Shown piece after piece: positions 13,468 to 28,400 of a stretch of 64,000 nucleotides of DNA. Positions within the stretch are counted from its first letter, which is position 1; each line of letters begins with the position of its first letter. Position numbers and translations under genes: made by a program. Where the stretch lies: assembly GCF_964204645.1 (NCBI RefSeq), contig NC_134025.1, forward strand, positions 29,182,299-29,246,298, in the 5' to 3' direction. The notes beneath the pieces are model-generated. The model had not been told where the DNA came from, made no database searches, and saw only the letters and a list, made by a program, of their open reading frames with translations. This DNA is from Tubulanus polymorphus (lineage: Eukaryota; Animalia; Nemertea).

Positions 13468-16400
13468 ATGGCATTGCAGCAGAGTTCACCGGTAATAAAG
13501 AATGAACGTGACTTGAGGAAATTGACCGAATTTGCTCCGTTGACGTCGGATGTAAAACCCAGCGGTTTCTTTTCAAGATTTTTCAAACGTGAAAAAGGTA
13601 ATGAAAAATAAGCCTATGAGAGTCATGATAACCTACCCCTCTCTTTGCAAGGCTCCCTTCATAAAATTTTCAAGTATCTTCTTGGGTTACAAGAACCCCC
13701 GTTGTCAGTGTCCCTCATCAAAGTTGGGTATCCCAGTTTGTCTTTGAATTCTATAGGCTCTGAAAGCACAGGAAGGAATTAAATTGAAAATATCAGAAAT
13801 GTTTCATATCCTGTTTCAGAGTCCAGTTTTATTTCAATTATTATAATCCCAATAAAAAATCCTCAGGATACCAGGATACCATCAAAATGGAACCCTGAAA
13901 ACTAAGTAAACCCGTGGCTAGTTTGAAGGCAATAAAAGTCATTAGTAGAGTTTGATGAAAGGCAATAAGCTCAATAATCTAAGTTTATGATAATTTATTG
14001 GTCCCAGAAGATCCGCACTGTGAAGTGTGCTGTATTATTGAAGAGAAAAATTAATCTATCTTGATGATACGTAGTCTATATATGTTAAGTCAATGAAGTT
14101 TATAGTTTCACTTTCAGTTGGATCACAAAGCGATGCCGATAATGAAACTGAGGAATCTTTATCATCTAATCAATCCTCTCCAGCTTCTGCTTTAAAAGGT
14201 TTGTTCATTTGTTTGATTGGTTCAGACTTCCATGGGTGAAACCAGACAGTCTGATGAAACTTCTAATCTTAGACCCTCAAAATGTTGAATACCCATCAAT
14301 TTGAATGCAGATTATCTTAAAAACGGGACAATTAAATTAATGATGTCGAAAGTTCTTGAAAAATGGTATTTTTCCACTGCCTTATTGGAACCTTTATTAT
14401 CTTTCATCAGGTCTAGAAAGTGAAGGGAATAATGCTGATCGCACTGTCGAATCGGAAGATGTATCTATTTCTAGTAGCGATGATATCATTCCTCAGACCA
14501 GGAATTTTTCTTCCGTTTTAACGAGACTTCGGAATATCTTAGACAATCGTAAGGGGGAGGTAAGACTTGTAACACCGGACCAAGTTCCATCGTTCACTGA
14601 TGAAATTTGACTCTACAATAAAAGAATTGAAATATTGAATATACATGTATTGGAAATTATCTTATTTCAACTTGATAGCAAAACTTCATTAATGACCATG
14701 GAACTAGACCCTCAGTTGATTTAATCCTGAAACGGCAATAATGTTCTTTCAATAACTGAATTGTTTTCAGAGGTTACAAGCGTATAAAGATAGTGATTTT
14801 AAACAGTACTGGATGCCGGATGATAATTGTAAAGAATGTTTTGAATGCAGTGACAAGTTTACGACATTTCGAAGGCGTCATCATTGTCGAATATGTGGAC
14901 AAATATTCTGTAGTCGATGCTGTAATCAAGAAGTTCCCGGACATATATTCGGCTACACCGGTAAGCAATGGTGCAGCAAACATGTTATCATTAATCAATA
15001 CATCGACAGATGTTCACAATTCATAGTTTTTACACCAGTAATAATTAAATTGGCCAAATTATTACCGGTTGATTGGATTTCAGTTTTTAATCGATTAACT
15101 TCGGAACAGGGAATTTTGAACGAATGCCATAATCAGATACCAAAAAACAGAGGACAATTTCTTTACAAAACAAGCTTAACTCAGAACAGTAATTTGTGCT
15201 TTACAAAGGCTTTCAGCTTTGCTAATTTTTGGGTTCAGTTGAAAATGTTCTATGTTTGGAAAGCTAATGTAATTTTGGAAGGGCACTGTCCAGGAGGCCT
15301 AGACCAGAATATTGCACAACGTTCTGCATCAGCCGCTCGATAGGTAGCTGGGTCAGAGTTTTAGATATTAGATTACAACACAAACGATTGAATGAATTTC
15401 TATTGAAAATATGCATGATATGTTTTTGGAAATTTTGGCACAATAAAAGACCCCAGCAAGCCAATGCCTGTGTTCCGGTGGCTTGGGGCCCTTGATGAAT
15501 GAGAAATTAAAAAGGACAAAAAAATGTAGAGAAATAACAAGAAAGAAATCAGCAAAAAGCATGATATGGATACAAACATGTGTATGTACATATATTTACA
15601 TACCATGCTTAAAAAATGATAATTGATGAATTTTGTAGGTGAATTGCGGGTTTGTACTTACTGTTGTAAAGTAGTATTGAGTTATACTCAACAGACGGAT
15701 GCAGCCGGTGATTTACAGGCACTCAGGGAAGATATGAAGTTTTTAACTAATATCGACTGTGATACAACCCCTATTTATCAAGAATTTGGAAAATGGACAC
15801 CGAGAAAGTTTAGACATAGCGATGAAGGCCAATTTCAAAGGTGCAGTTAGGATATATCAGGAATAGGGTTCAACCGATCGGAATATGATCACGTGATTAT
15901 AAATTGTTCGTCTTGTTTCTCGTATTCAACAGTAGATCGGGAAGTTTAACTGGTTTGACTGAAAACACAAGTTTTACGAATTTGAGGACTCTGACTCCGT
16001 TCGGGATGACTCCGCAACACGAATATCCGACGATGGTTTCCATAAACTACGAACGAAAAATGTTGATTCAGGTAAAGTTCTTACTAATTATCGTTGGCAC
16101 TGTTTGTTATGCAGGTGTCATTTTGCTGCCCTAAATCACCCCTTCAGACATTCACCAAGACTGCTGATAAATATATCATGGTCTGGTGTCTGATTATTAT
16201 GGAAGAATTATTATTAGCAGCATGCTTGATGGATCTTTGAAACATCAAACCTCCATATCTGTAGTTCAATTCGGTCGAATATTGAAAGACTGCTGATGTA
16301 TGGAGTAATGTCTGGGGGTGAAAGGTCCCCGTTGAGAGGGTTGTAGACCGCCGATGGATACCTATATGAAGAATGAAGTAGTAGCGATCCGCTGACTGAA

Positions 16401-19400
16401 ACTGATTACTTTCTCTAAAGGATTCTCAACAGTTGAAAGAGATCTACGTCCAGTTACAAAACCGTGATGAGGGTTTACTAATGCAAACGCATCGATTCAG
16501 ATTGAGAACTTACAACAATTGTTTGTTCGGTCGAGAGCTCGTTGATTGGTTAATCGACAAGGATAAAGTCGCTACCAGGTATAACTTTGATCAACTACAG
16601 TAAATGTTCTCGCTTAATTCGGATCGTTTGCGGCCGATGAAATTCATCCCATTTTTGAGAAATCTTATTTTCATCATATTTACATACATTTTTGTTTAAT
16701 TGGGTCGTTGTGATATCAACGAAATTCTGATTCGATTCGTCTGGATTCAGGCGCGGATCTAAGGGGTAGCACCTGGGGCACGTGCTACCCTCTACATTTT
16801 CAGTTGGCCCGTTAATCATTCCCGGTACCACCTGAGGACGTCGAAAGGCTCCTATATATATCTTTATTTGGTTGAAACAAGCTCAAATCCTTGGAAATCT
16901 CATCTGCAGGGGTTTATCTTTTAGAAATTTTCGTAGGGGAGGGCCAACAGACCCCCCTTTCGTTACGCGTGGGTAGTGCCTCTTCATAATAATTATTGCC
17001 CTTGTCGGGTGCTACCCCTCAATATAAGCTCTGGATCCGCCTCTGGGATTAAGTGGGTTTGACTGTGTATAAATTTGATGCAAATGTTACTGAACGCGAT
17101 TTGATATATCATGAATTTGATGTATCAGTTTATAATTTCATAAGATGAGTCATCTGATAAGCTTGTTTCACACTGTCACTATAGAGTACAAGCTGTTGCT
17201 ATCGGTCAAGCGTTATTAGATGCCAAATTGCTCGGATCGATCAGTTCAAGAGATCATATATTTGAAGATGAATACAGCTTATACCAACTGGGAGAGGTAA
17301 CTTACGCGAAACTAACGCTTCATAATCTTCATTTCTGCGAAAATACGCTCGCGGACATCGTCATTATTGTAGATAATTTAAAGTACTTTGATCAAAATTT
17401 ACTGTAAAGCGCTATTAGAATTTGAAAAAACAGATTACGTATTAAGTTGCAAGTTAAAAACAGTTATAAAATTGATAAATTGATGAAAATTTCTTTTAAA
17501 AATTTCAATCTTTAGATTTGTTTAAAACGATTGCGGTGCCTGAAACAGTAACATGATTCGTGTAAAGCGTATGCAAATTACGATGTATTACAAGTTATAC
17601 CGATTGTTTTAATGAATAGTTATGTGAAAGTCCGGCTGAAGCGATATCAATCGACCCGAGTATAATAGAGGAAGATTCAGAACCAGTTTGGATTCGAGAA
17701 ATATCGGTGGCTGGTGATAGTAGTGATGGTCAGTTCTACGTAGTGTGATTAAATGTTCTCGGGTTGCTGTGTTCTCCATAATAGTTTTTAAAGAGGTTTT
17801 GCTTCCGCCCCTCTCAATACCAGCCATCCCTGTTTAAACATCTACTGCTCTTCAATAAGAGTTGGTCAATATTTCGTGCCAATGTTCTATCAAGCCTTAT
17901 AATGTCATTTGCTTTGTCAAGTAATGTGTTGAACTGTGTGACAGATAGCGCTATATTGAACCTAAATAAAGCTGAATTTCGATATTTTTTTGGGCCATAC
18001 AAAATGCTTTGTATTCAGTGTCCACTGTGTCAAACTAATGAATGAATACAGTTCCTCGAGAATTCTAGCGTTTTGAGAACTCTTGAGTTAATCAGCTCAA
18101 TACTAACCACGTAATAAACTGATTTCAGATAGTTCATATGATGACAGTATTGAATACGAAGTTAAAATAGATGATGAATTAGCACCAGCTCACAGCGAAT
18201 CCGGTTCAATGGCTTACGTTAATAACTTAATTTCGAATCAACAGCCTGTGCGTACGAAACAGAATCGACATCTATCCACGTCATCAGATAGAGGTAAAAT
18301 ACCGTAGTCTAATAAGTTTAGATACAGATTATGCACAATTTCACATCTTATTATATCCACATATTTGATACGATTTGATATAATCTTAACACTCGACATT
18401 TTGTGCACATTGTCCATCAAACCCTTTATTACCAAACTTGATGCTTTATGTGTTAAATGTCTATTTAATGAATTCGAAATTTGATGATAACTTTCTTTCT
18501 CATCGTATTGTTCATTCTAATTCTTTCTGAAGTTTAACTCATGAAATTTTTGCAACTTTAACAAATCTAATTAATGAATAATTTTCATAGTCCTATAACC
18601 GTTTATAAGAATAATATCCGGTGAAATAGTGGTGAATATGTATTTCGTATGGTACTGGTGAAAGTTATATTTGTAGGTGCTGCTGCTGCTGCTGATGCGG
18701 AAGTAGCGATTAGCGATGAGTTTGTTTCAGGTATTTCACTGTAATTCTGTAGCAGTTTAGTTGTCTTAGCTCCTGCATCCTCCTCGTGTCATCTACGTTA
18801 TCACTATCATTACATAATCTACATTCAACTCATAATCAATTGTACTATTTACACTCGAGTAATTAATGAGCTCTTAAGTAATAAGTGAATGGTGAAGGAA
18901 GTCTTAGTACTGTGTAATACTAAGTACTGTGTAATACTAAGTACTGTGTAATACTAAGTACTGTGTAATACTAAGTACTGTGTAATACTAAGTACTATGT
19001 AATAGTAGCACCTCATCTCAAAGAATGGCCTCTTGTATGTGTAATAGAATAGCAGCTTCGGGTAAATCGGTAGTTAAAATTAGCGGTAAACGATATCTGA
19101 TTATTGAAGTTATCACTTTTATATTAGTACCGTTGAAATATTTCTGTCGACTTTAGATGCTTTGATACCCAGTCGAAGAGATCAGTTGAATTATGAAACG
19201 ATTCCTGATTGGTGGAAAGCGGTTCATTCTGAGCATCACCACGAAGACAGCGCTGATCGATTAGCTTACGATCGTTTGGGGTAGGTTTTACTCCGTCTAA
19301 TTGAAATAACGGTACAACATCAACGCAGTCATCTACGATTAGTCTTTTTTTTTTTTATAGAAAAGCACATTTCGATCATATGTCGATGCTCACTAAACAA

Positions 19401-22400
19401 CTGTTAGCGAGCCAAGGATTAGCGTTATCGTGGACAGATTTGATACTGCAGATCGTACGTAGAGTTTGTGAATTCGTCAGTCCTGATGTGAAAACCGACG
19501 GTGATGACATGGACATCCGGCAATATGTTCAAGTTAAAAAGGTAGAATAACCGTTCTGAAAAATTCTAGTGCTGTGAGGATAAACGAAAATCCAGCATGA
19601 AAAATGAAAAATTTAATCCGAAATTTTGTTAAGCATAGGATAGGATATAGCAGAAAACCGAATAAACTACCGAATGGCAGAATTTACTTTCTATATTGAT
19701 TCGATTTTATCTCATTTTATTTTTAGATCGCCGGCGGACAGAGAGTCAATTCAAATATTGTATTTGGTGTGGTCTGCACGAAAACAGTCGCTCACAAAAA
19801 GATGGCTCAGAATATCGCCTCGCCGAAGATTTTACTATTACAATCCGCGATAGAATATCAAAGAGTCGAAGGAAAATTGTCATCTCTGGACCCACAGATA
19901 TTGCAGGTACATTGAATTGTATATATCAGGGTTCTCACTGTCTGTGATAAATGGTTGAAAGTCAGGGAATTTAAGCTCTTTTAGCGCTCAAGTCAGTGAA
20001 AACCTATGGAATCTTTGGTTTAATGATATTTTCATGTTGTCAAACTGTGCTATGTTTATTAAAAGGAACACGAATATTTGAAGAACTGTGTCGCTAAGAT
20101 CGCAGCGTTGAAACCCGATATTTTACTGGTCGAGAAAACAGTTTCGCGTTTGGCGCAGGATTTTATTCTTCACGCCGGAATAACGTTAGTTTTGAATGTT
20201 AAGCCCGTAAGTATCGTTCCTTTACTTTTAAAGCACATGCTGCAGCTATTATACTCGATCTATGTAATGACTCTCAGTGTAAAATTCTATAGTTTGAAAG
20301 GTTTCCTAGTGCCAGTAGTTCAGTTCAACGTTTCGACTATATCCTAATAGTCATCATCAGGAAAACTATGATCAGTATAGTATTCCTTTAGTATTAAGTC
20401 GAAATAAACTTCTAACTCATGGAAACATTTTCTACTGAATTTTTCATTTTAACTGTGGTATTACATCATTGTTTTAATATGGACTTGGAGTGTTTCATCA
20501 ATGGTTTTTTTGATTATATATTGTAGACCGTTATGCAAAGAGTTGCCAGGTTTACTCTCGCCGATATAGTGCCATCTATTGATGGTCTAGTGAGTAAACC
20601 ACGACTCGGAATCTGTCACAAATTCTACAGTCAACAGTTCACGTTACCCAATGGTAAAATTTCATTACGTAAACCAGTGAACTGATCGTCTTCGGTGTAA
20701 TGTCTTTAAATTTGTGTTTCATATTTTTAGGCCTCTCAAAAACGTTGATGTTTTTTGATGGTTGTGCCAATCATTTAGGTTGCACTGTCACGTTACGAGG
20801 AGGTAGTCAGTCTGAATTGAGTAAGGTAGGAATTTTGAGATGGAATTGTCATGAAGGATGGATCCTCGAGAGACTTCTGACCAACAGAAAAGTGCACTTT
20901 TCCAGGAATAAGATCTAATTTTATGCTGCATTCATTAAAACTGACACATTCTTATCGGAGCTTTCTGGGGTATATGTTTCTGAGATTAACCCTTTCAGTG
21001 CGGACTAATTACTACCCTATAGTGCTGGAGATAATTTGAACATTTTGAAAAATTCCACCCTAGTGTGTTGAATAACGGGAATACGACTATAGTGCGTCTA
21101 CACTGTGGTGCGATGTATCGTTAGTTACTAATATCTCACTATGTTTGACAGGTGCTGCCATTTTTCAAGAGGGACATCAATACACCATAGTGCGGTGTAC
21201 AAGCAAATCTATCACTGATTTATACACTGCACTGCGGTGTAGACGCACTGAAAGGGTTAATATCAGTCTACCAGAACTATCTCTCGTGGAAAAACATTTT
21301 GTGATCGATTAGAAACTGCAATGGGTATATCGACCGTAGTTAATACTACACGTGTTACAGTCTGGATCCACCTCTCATCTTAATATCTGAAATCATTTAG
21401 CGTTGGACAATCTACTGAAAAAAATATCCATTAAATATCTTTCTGTAGGTGAAAAAGATTCTTCATTTCATGGTATACGTAGCTTATCACTCGAAACTGG
21501 AGACATCATTTATAATGGATGAACACGGTATGCCTCCACCGCACCCGACTGAACTCGTACTTAACATCGATTGCTTCGACGATTCTTCCGAAGATTCCCC
21601 TACGAATCCCATCGATTCATCGTCGAATCGCGACGAATCGTTCGTCGGTAAACTCGTCGAGAACCGGACCGATTCCGCGGCGGAGAACGACCCGTTGTCG
21701 ACGTTATCGGAGGAAATGGAGCACGCGTACGACGCGATGAAAAGCGAAGACGTGATCTTCGAGGAAAATATTCCGCTCGCGTCGAACGACGACGACGACG
21801 AACGTTGGAAACGCGTCACGCACGACGACATACGTCGAATGACCGAAGTCGTTTCAAACGTTCAAAAAAGCGAAGACGACGACATCGAGAATATTCGCCG
21901 CGACACGATCGACGTGGTGACCGATATTTCGAACGATTCTAATCAAAGCCCGATTCCGGAGTCCGACGATAGATTAACCGTACCTCACTGCTCGACGCCG
22001 GAGCTCAATCAAAGTCCGAAGGGTTTGAGTTCGTCGGCGGAAATCACTGACTTTTCCGATCCGCTTCATAATTATCAGAAATCGCACGACGAATCAATAT
22101 TTCTGAGTAAATTCGGACTGAAAGTTCAAGAGCAAGTGACGAACGATTCGTTGAAGTTTAAGAAGGCTTTAGGCGACACGTTGTTGTCTATTTCTCCGTA
22201 TATCAAATACGACATCCCCTATCTGCAAACCGTCTCCGGAGCCAGTTGCGAGCTACGTAAATACTTTCCCGATATTCTCTACTCGTCGGCGTTATTCGAC
22301 GCAAATTCGTTCAAAACGAAAAACTATAATCATGACTCGGACAACAGTACGAAGTGTTCACCACGCGTTGAAAAGAAAGACACACATCCGTTTGTGTCGT

Positions 22401-25400
22401 GTATGATGACTGCTCCGATTGATCATCCGACAAACAAGGTATGAATCTATTCACCTCCGATGATTCGCTTTATTTCTTTAATATCCATAAAATAATGAAC
22501 AGTTTCGTTTGTTCTCATATCTCGATGTATGTAAATAAATATATATAAACAGGTTTATGTAACTACCATTTGAGCATAGTTTCTACTCTTTTAACTTTCA
22601 GCGCTGACTAATTAATACCCTAAATTGCTGGAGATAATTTGAAAATTTAAAAAATTTTCATCTGAGTGTGTTGAATAACGGGAATACCACTATAGTGCGT
22701 CTACACTGCCGTGCGGTGTATTGTTAGTTACTAGTATTTCACTATGTTTGACAGGTGCTGCAATTCTTCAAGAGAGATAATTACTAATTACATCAATACA
22801 CCGCAGTGCGGTGTACTAGCAAAATCTATCACAGACGCACTGAAAGGGTTAAGAGCTTAATTACTCCCAAAATGATCAAAATACTCTCAAAATAAAAATG
22901 GTTTTTAGTTCATCTTCATTTAAATCATCTATTAAGTGGTTGAAATTACTCCAAAATGCAGGTACCGTAGTCGGGTTGCTCATCTCCCCTCAGCAGGAAT
23001 TCAAACCTGGTGGCATCGCATCCCTGCTGAGGGAATATCGATGAATATAGACTGTGTTATCAAACCCAGCACCACCAGTAAATTGTATGTAATGTAGGTA
23101 AAATATCAGTACAGATTTATTTTGAGAACCTGAAAACGTTGGACTGAATATAAGTTCATATACATCATGATATTAGATAAAAATGAAACCGTTTGTTATT
23201 TTATCAATATTTTTGGATATTCAACTATCTCAAATATTTGAGTTATCTTTCCTTGTATAACTGGTAAGATTGTTTAATTGAAGGCGATGTTAGCCGATTT
23301 CCGAGCACGTGGGGGACAAATACATCCCTTATCCTGCAAAGAAGTTCAAGAGAAGTTAAACCGAACTATTTCTAGAGAGAGTCGTTCTAGTAGAGATAGC
23401 ACTGAGGGACAATCAGCTTCTAAATGTGTTAATGGCAGTTCTGACAACTGGTCTCAACACGTAAGTAACACATTGTACTCATATGAGCCAATAGTCATCA
23501 TCGTTTGATATGATTTATGAATTTTTCGGTGGAATTTAACTATTTTTCAGATCGATTGCCTAGATATTTATCGTCACCAACGTTTGGCTGTCTTGTTCAG
23601 TAGTTATTCGTATATTTCAAATAATTATCCGAATCCGTGTATAAATCCATGGTAAGTGAGTGTTCCCGCGCAGCAGCATTTTACTCATCAATCTTAATAT
23701 AATATATTAGGGATCATTCATAAAATGCAATGGTGGGGAGCATAAATTGGACACTTCCCCCTATTTACATAATGGCTATAATTGCATATAAATGGTGGTT
23801 TGAAAATCTACAAAATCTTGATAACATACTTAATGAATAATCGATTATGCCGTTTTGTAGGGTTTTGAGTATGGACTATTATGGTCGAATCGACTTCACT
23901 TTGGGTAATTTTCTAGAGCGATTCTGTTTTAGGTAAGTTACGTACATCCGTGTAAACTTACTTATATTTGTTTGTATTTTCATCTTTTCGTTTTCAATGT
24001 CGGTATGTTTTGTATTTCAGAGAATCGTACTCGTGTCCGAGTGAAATATGCGACACTCCGATGGTAGATCATATCCGTAGATTCGCCCACGAAAATGGCT
24101 GCATACAAATCATTCTGAGAAAAGTCGAATCATCAGCACTCGGATATCCGAATCATATCGTCATGTGGAACTGGTGTCGAAAATGTAAAAAGGTCCGATT
24201 TCGTTCAGGTTGACGAGATTTTATTCTTGTATAAACGCGAGCAATTCTGATTATTTCATCGTTAAAATTGATCATTCATTTTTATTGTGCAAGCGTTAGT
24301 TTTGGTTTCATTATATCTGAGAAATCGTAACGTTTGAGTTCGTAATCGCGAACAATTAAAACATATGATATTAAGACGAGATGTATTGATTTTTAGATAA
24401 CACCGCCGGTACCGATGTCTGGTGAAACGTGGGCGCTTTCGTTTGCTAAATATTTAGAATTACGTTTTCATGGAAGTGCGTACACTCGTCGGTCACATGT
24501 TGATACATGCGCGCATTCCTTGCATCACGATCACTATCAGTATTTCGGTTTTAAGCAAATTGTGGCCGCGTTTAAGTAAGTAGTTCTCTCCTGCCGGGAT
24601 TCAGCGCCTAGACTAAATGAAGTATAGGGAAGTGGTTTACCCTGGTAGTCGGCATTTAAAGTGGTCCGCAGGGTCTTTCAATTTGGATTGTTGCTAGAAT
24701 AGTTCACACACCAGTGTAATGCTGATCTAGTCAGTTTGACAGGGTGGCCACTGACCTAGAAAGCCTGGAAAACTCAGGGAATTTGGATAATGCTATTGGC
24801 CACGTGTTTCTTTATCGTTACGTGATTGTAACATTCTGAACCCAGAAATTTCTCTGATTCACTCGGGGAATTTTTTGTAATCACACGGAAAAATCAGGGA
24901 GAACGGAAGGGGATTTGTATATGGGCAGAAAGTGGCCATGCTGTTCGTCAGATTCGGGATTTAGTGGATCAAACACTCGTTTAAAAATCTTCTATTCAGA
25001 TACACAACGATCGTATTAAAAGAGATTGCATTACCTCCTTTAATTCTGACAATCAATGAAGAAACTCGTCTTCCTAACCACGCGTTTGAAGAAACCAAAG
25101 CTTTAGCTGTGAAGTATGTACGCCTACCTTATATGATATCTAAATAATGAATAGTTCATATATTTATGCAATACTTTATTACTTATTTCAGAGGTCATAG
25201 TGTTTATAGTACTATCATGGAGCATCTGTACAAACTTAAGGCTGATATACAAACCGAACTGGAAGATCAATCGCTGGCAGTGTTTCTAGCTAAACTGAAG
25301 GTATACAATCGTCTAGTCTCATGGAAACACGTTTCTAACAGGTAGATAAATAATAGATAAATTTCATTCTCAACTATTTTAGGAAGAGCGAGTTTTGTTC

Positions 25401-28400
25401 CGTGAACATATAGAAAAATTACAACTACTGTTAACATCACCATCATTGCCGCAAGATGATGAAGCGCTTTCTAGAAAAAATAGTGTCGTCAGTAGTACAA
25501 GTTTTGTTATCGAAGAACCAACTACATGTAAAGGTTAGATTGCTAACTTGTCTTTTAATTCCTTTCCATGAATTTGTATTAATGAAATGATGATTGTTTT
25601 ACCGTAGATGTACACGAATTGCTTTTCCAAATAACTGATGCAATTGTTGAGTTGAAGCGTATGATCGCTGAAGCAGCTGATAGTTGGAACTTGAAGTAAG
25701 CTTCTTTCGAAACGTAATGACTTGCTTCTAGCTCTGCAGAACGGCCGTATAACATGAGTTAATTTTTCAGGATATCCGAGTTTCTGGATCATCAAAAGAA
25801 GATTTTAAAGAATCGTTCAAAAGGATACAAAGAAAGTAGCACACCGGACAGTGTATGTATGTTGTATTTACAATTCAGAGAGGTTTTAACCACTTGAGCT
25901 ATACATGTAGTGTCATTCGTATATCCAATATAGATATCAGAACTTACACCTCCCCGTTCTGAAGATGAAGGCAGTATGGATGTTAATCAATCTAGTAACA
26001 CTAAGAGCCTTCAAGTTTCTGATGAAATAGATAATAGTATTGATGAGGATGAAAAAGAAGACCACGAAGCTGAGGACAAAGGTATAACACATGAGAACAC
26101 AGTATCGCAGAGCTGATACGGAATGAAACTTAAAATCGACGTAGAAATAGCATCACAAAATAATTCCTTTAACACTTTGCGGGTAAACGTTATTTTGAAA
26201 CAGTCACTACTAATTCACGTTGTTTTACTAGCGTTATTACAAACTATGGAACAATTAACCGCTGCTCGAATTGAACGAGACCTTCACGAGGCAATGCAAG
26301 ACGTGCAAACCAGTACCGGTAGGAATATTCCTCATGATTCCACCTCTCTCTCTCACATCTTGCTTATTGCTGGCATGTTGGCGCTTTGTATACCGTACAT
26401 ATAATATAATCATACTGATTGATTGTCTCTGAACTGTAACGTTTTTGCTGAATCAATGTGAACGCAGTGGACAATACTTCCACGGATATGCTGATTGGCT
26501 ACTTGTCTTATTCTTACCCTCTTTTTTTTAAAACCCACTATCAGTAGATCAAGTGTGAATAAGTATAAAGATAACTACACCACAGATTCCCGCAACTGCT
26601 CCACAGTTCCGAGTTAGACTCAAGGGTTACAATAATTGTAATTGGAAATGATCTAAATTTGTCTCTATAAATAGTTCAATACAACCCAAAACTGTTGAAC
26701 TGGATGGTTCCTGAGGCCATTTTGTCTTTTGATTGTTAGAATCAGTAGATTCACCTGGTAAGCTCCGGGTTTGAGCAAAAAAAACTGGCCCCGGGTGTTA
26801 GAAGAAATTATCCATATTCGAACAATCTCAATTAAATTCACAATTTATACCACTATTTATCAAGCTTTTTCACGGAATAACACCGCATCAGTTTTAGTTC
26901 CAAAATTCTTTTTCCGAACAAATAGATTTTATTACATTTTCTTGTTTTATATCCTAGAAACGACAAGTTCTGGAATGAGTTCCTATAGCAAGGAGAATTA
27001 CATATACGGAGTAACTCCTGGTATCAGTGAATCGGGATTATTCCCTCCATCAGCGGCTGCATCATTAGAACAGGATAGTTATATCGTGTGCAGTCGACGC
27101 GGAACTGAACCCGATATTCATCATCACACGTCTTCATCATTCAAACAGGAGGATGATTTCATTATCGGTGAGTTCTTTTACAGCCAGTTCTTTTACATCA
27201 TCATCATCATCATCGGCAGGGGTTGATTTTTCTTAGAATAGAGACAGGAATTATCTCGAGGGATGCGTCATTAAAGCAGGGTGTTAGTCGGCCTGATGAC
27301 TTTGCGACTACCAGCAATGATCGCGTCGCAATCACCTTTTCACCTACGATGCTAATCACTATGAGTCGGACATGTGCTACTTTCTGTTTCGTCTCATCGT
27401 CACAACCGACATACTGAGACTAGTCACACATGTTGCGACCTACCCACCCATTTTCAAGCAGTTGCGATCTTTTAGCTATGCTAGGTGATAACTACATAAA
27501 TGATGACGATAAAATATTTTCTGATGATGAAGTAATTTTACATGTTACAAAACAGGACTTGCAATGATTTTTACTTTTACTAGATTTGGAAGACTAAGCA
27601 CAGAGTTACAAAACTCTGAGTTATAAAACTTGTAATGACAATGTTGTTTCATGAATGAATTGTTGATTTACTGTTGAAATGCCGTTAATTAACAGGATTT
27701 ATAAATAGACGTTATTCAATGGCTCTCGGTAAGCTTCGATGATAAAAAACCTTTATCTCGCTATTTAATCTGGTTTTATTTAATTATACGGTTTGTGGAG
27801 TTTCTGCTTCATAACAAATAACCATAATAATTTATATTTATATCATATAATATTGATATGAGAGTACTTACCTATACCAGTGGAGTCTATATGAAAATAT
27901 GGTTCATTTTTCATGTTATGAATACCAGTTATTATTTTGTAAATATACGATGAGATTGGATTATTTATCTATCCAAAGTGGAAAAAATTGGTCATATTTT
28001 TTGCTGTTTTACTGCTTATAATTTCCAAGCGAAAATCATATTCGCTGTTTTACAGTTTTGAGTCGGGATTAAGTTGAAAATTTTGCTTCATTCATTTATA
28101 TTATTCTATTATCGCTTATTTCGTCTGTGCCATATATAATTTCAAACAGAGCGTAATGCCGGTGAAGTTGATGTGAATTCCGACTCAGATCAAAAGCGTC
28201 ATATCGTCGTTCCAGGATTGAAGAAGAATTCCAACTATCAATGTATGTGTATCATTCACGTAGATGTACTCATCAACCCCTTATATAACTATAATATTCA
28301 TTTATATGTATCTTTATATAATATTATTCGATACATGTATTATAATATTCGCAATGTTTATCATTATTGTTACAACCAGAGCTGCCTCCGAACTGTTAAT

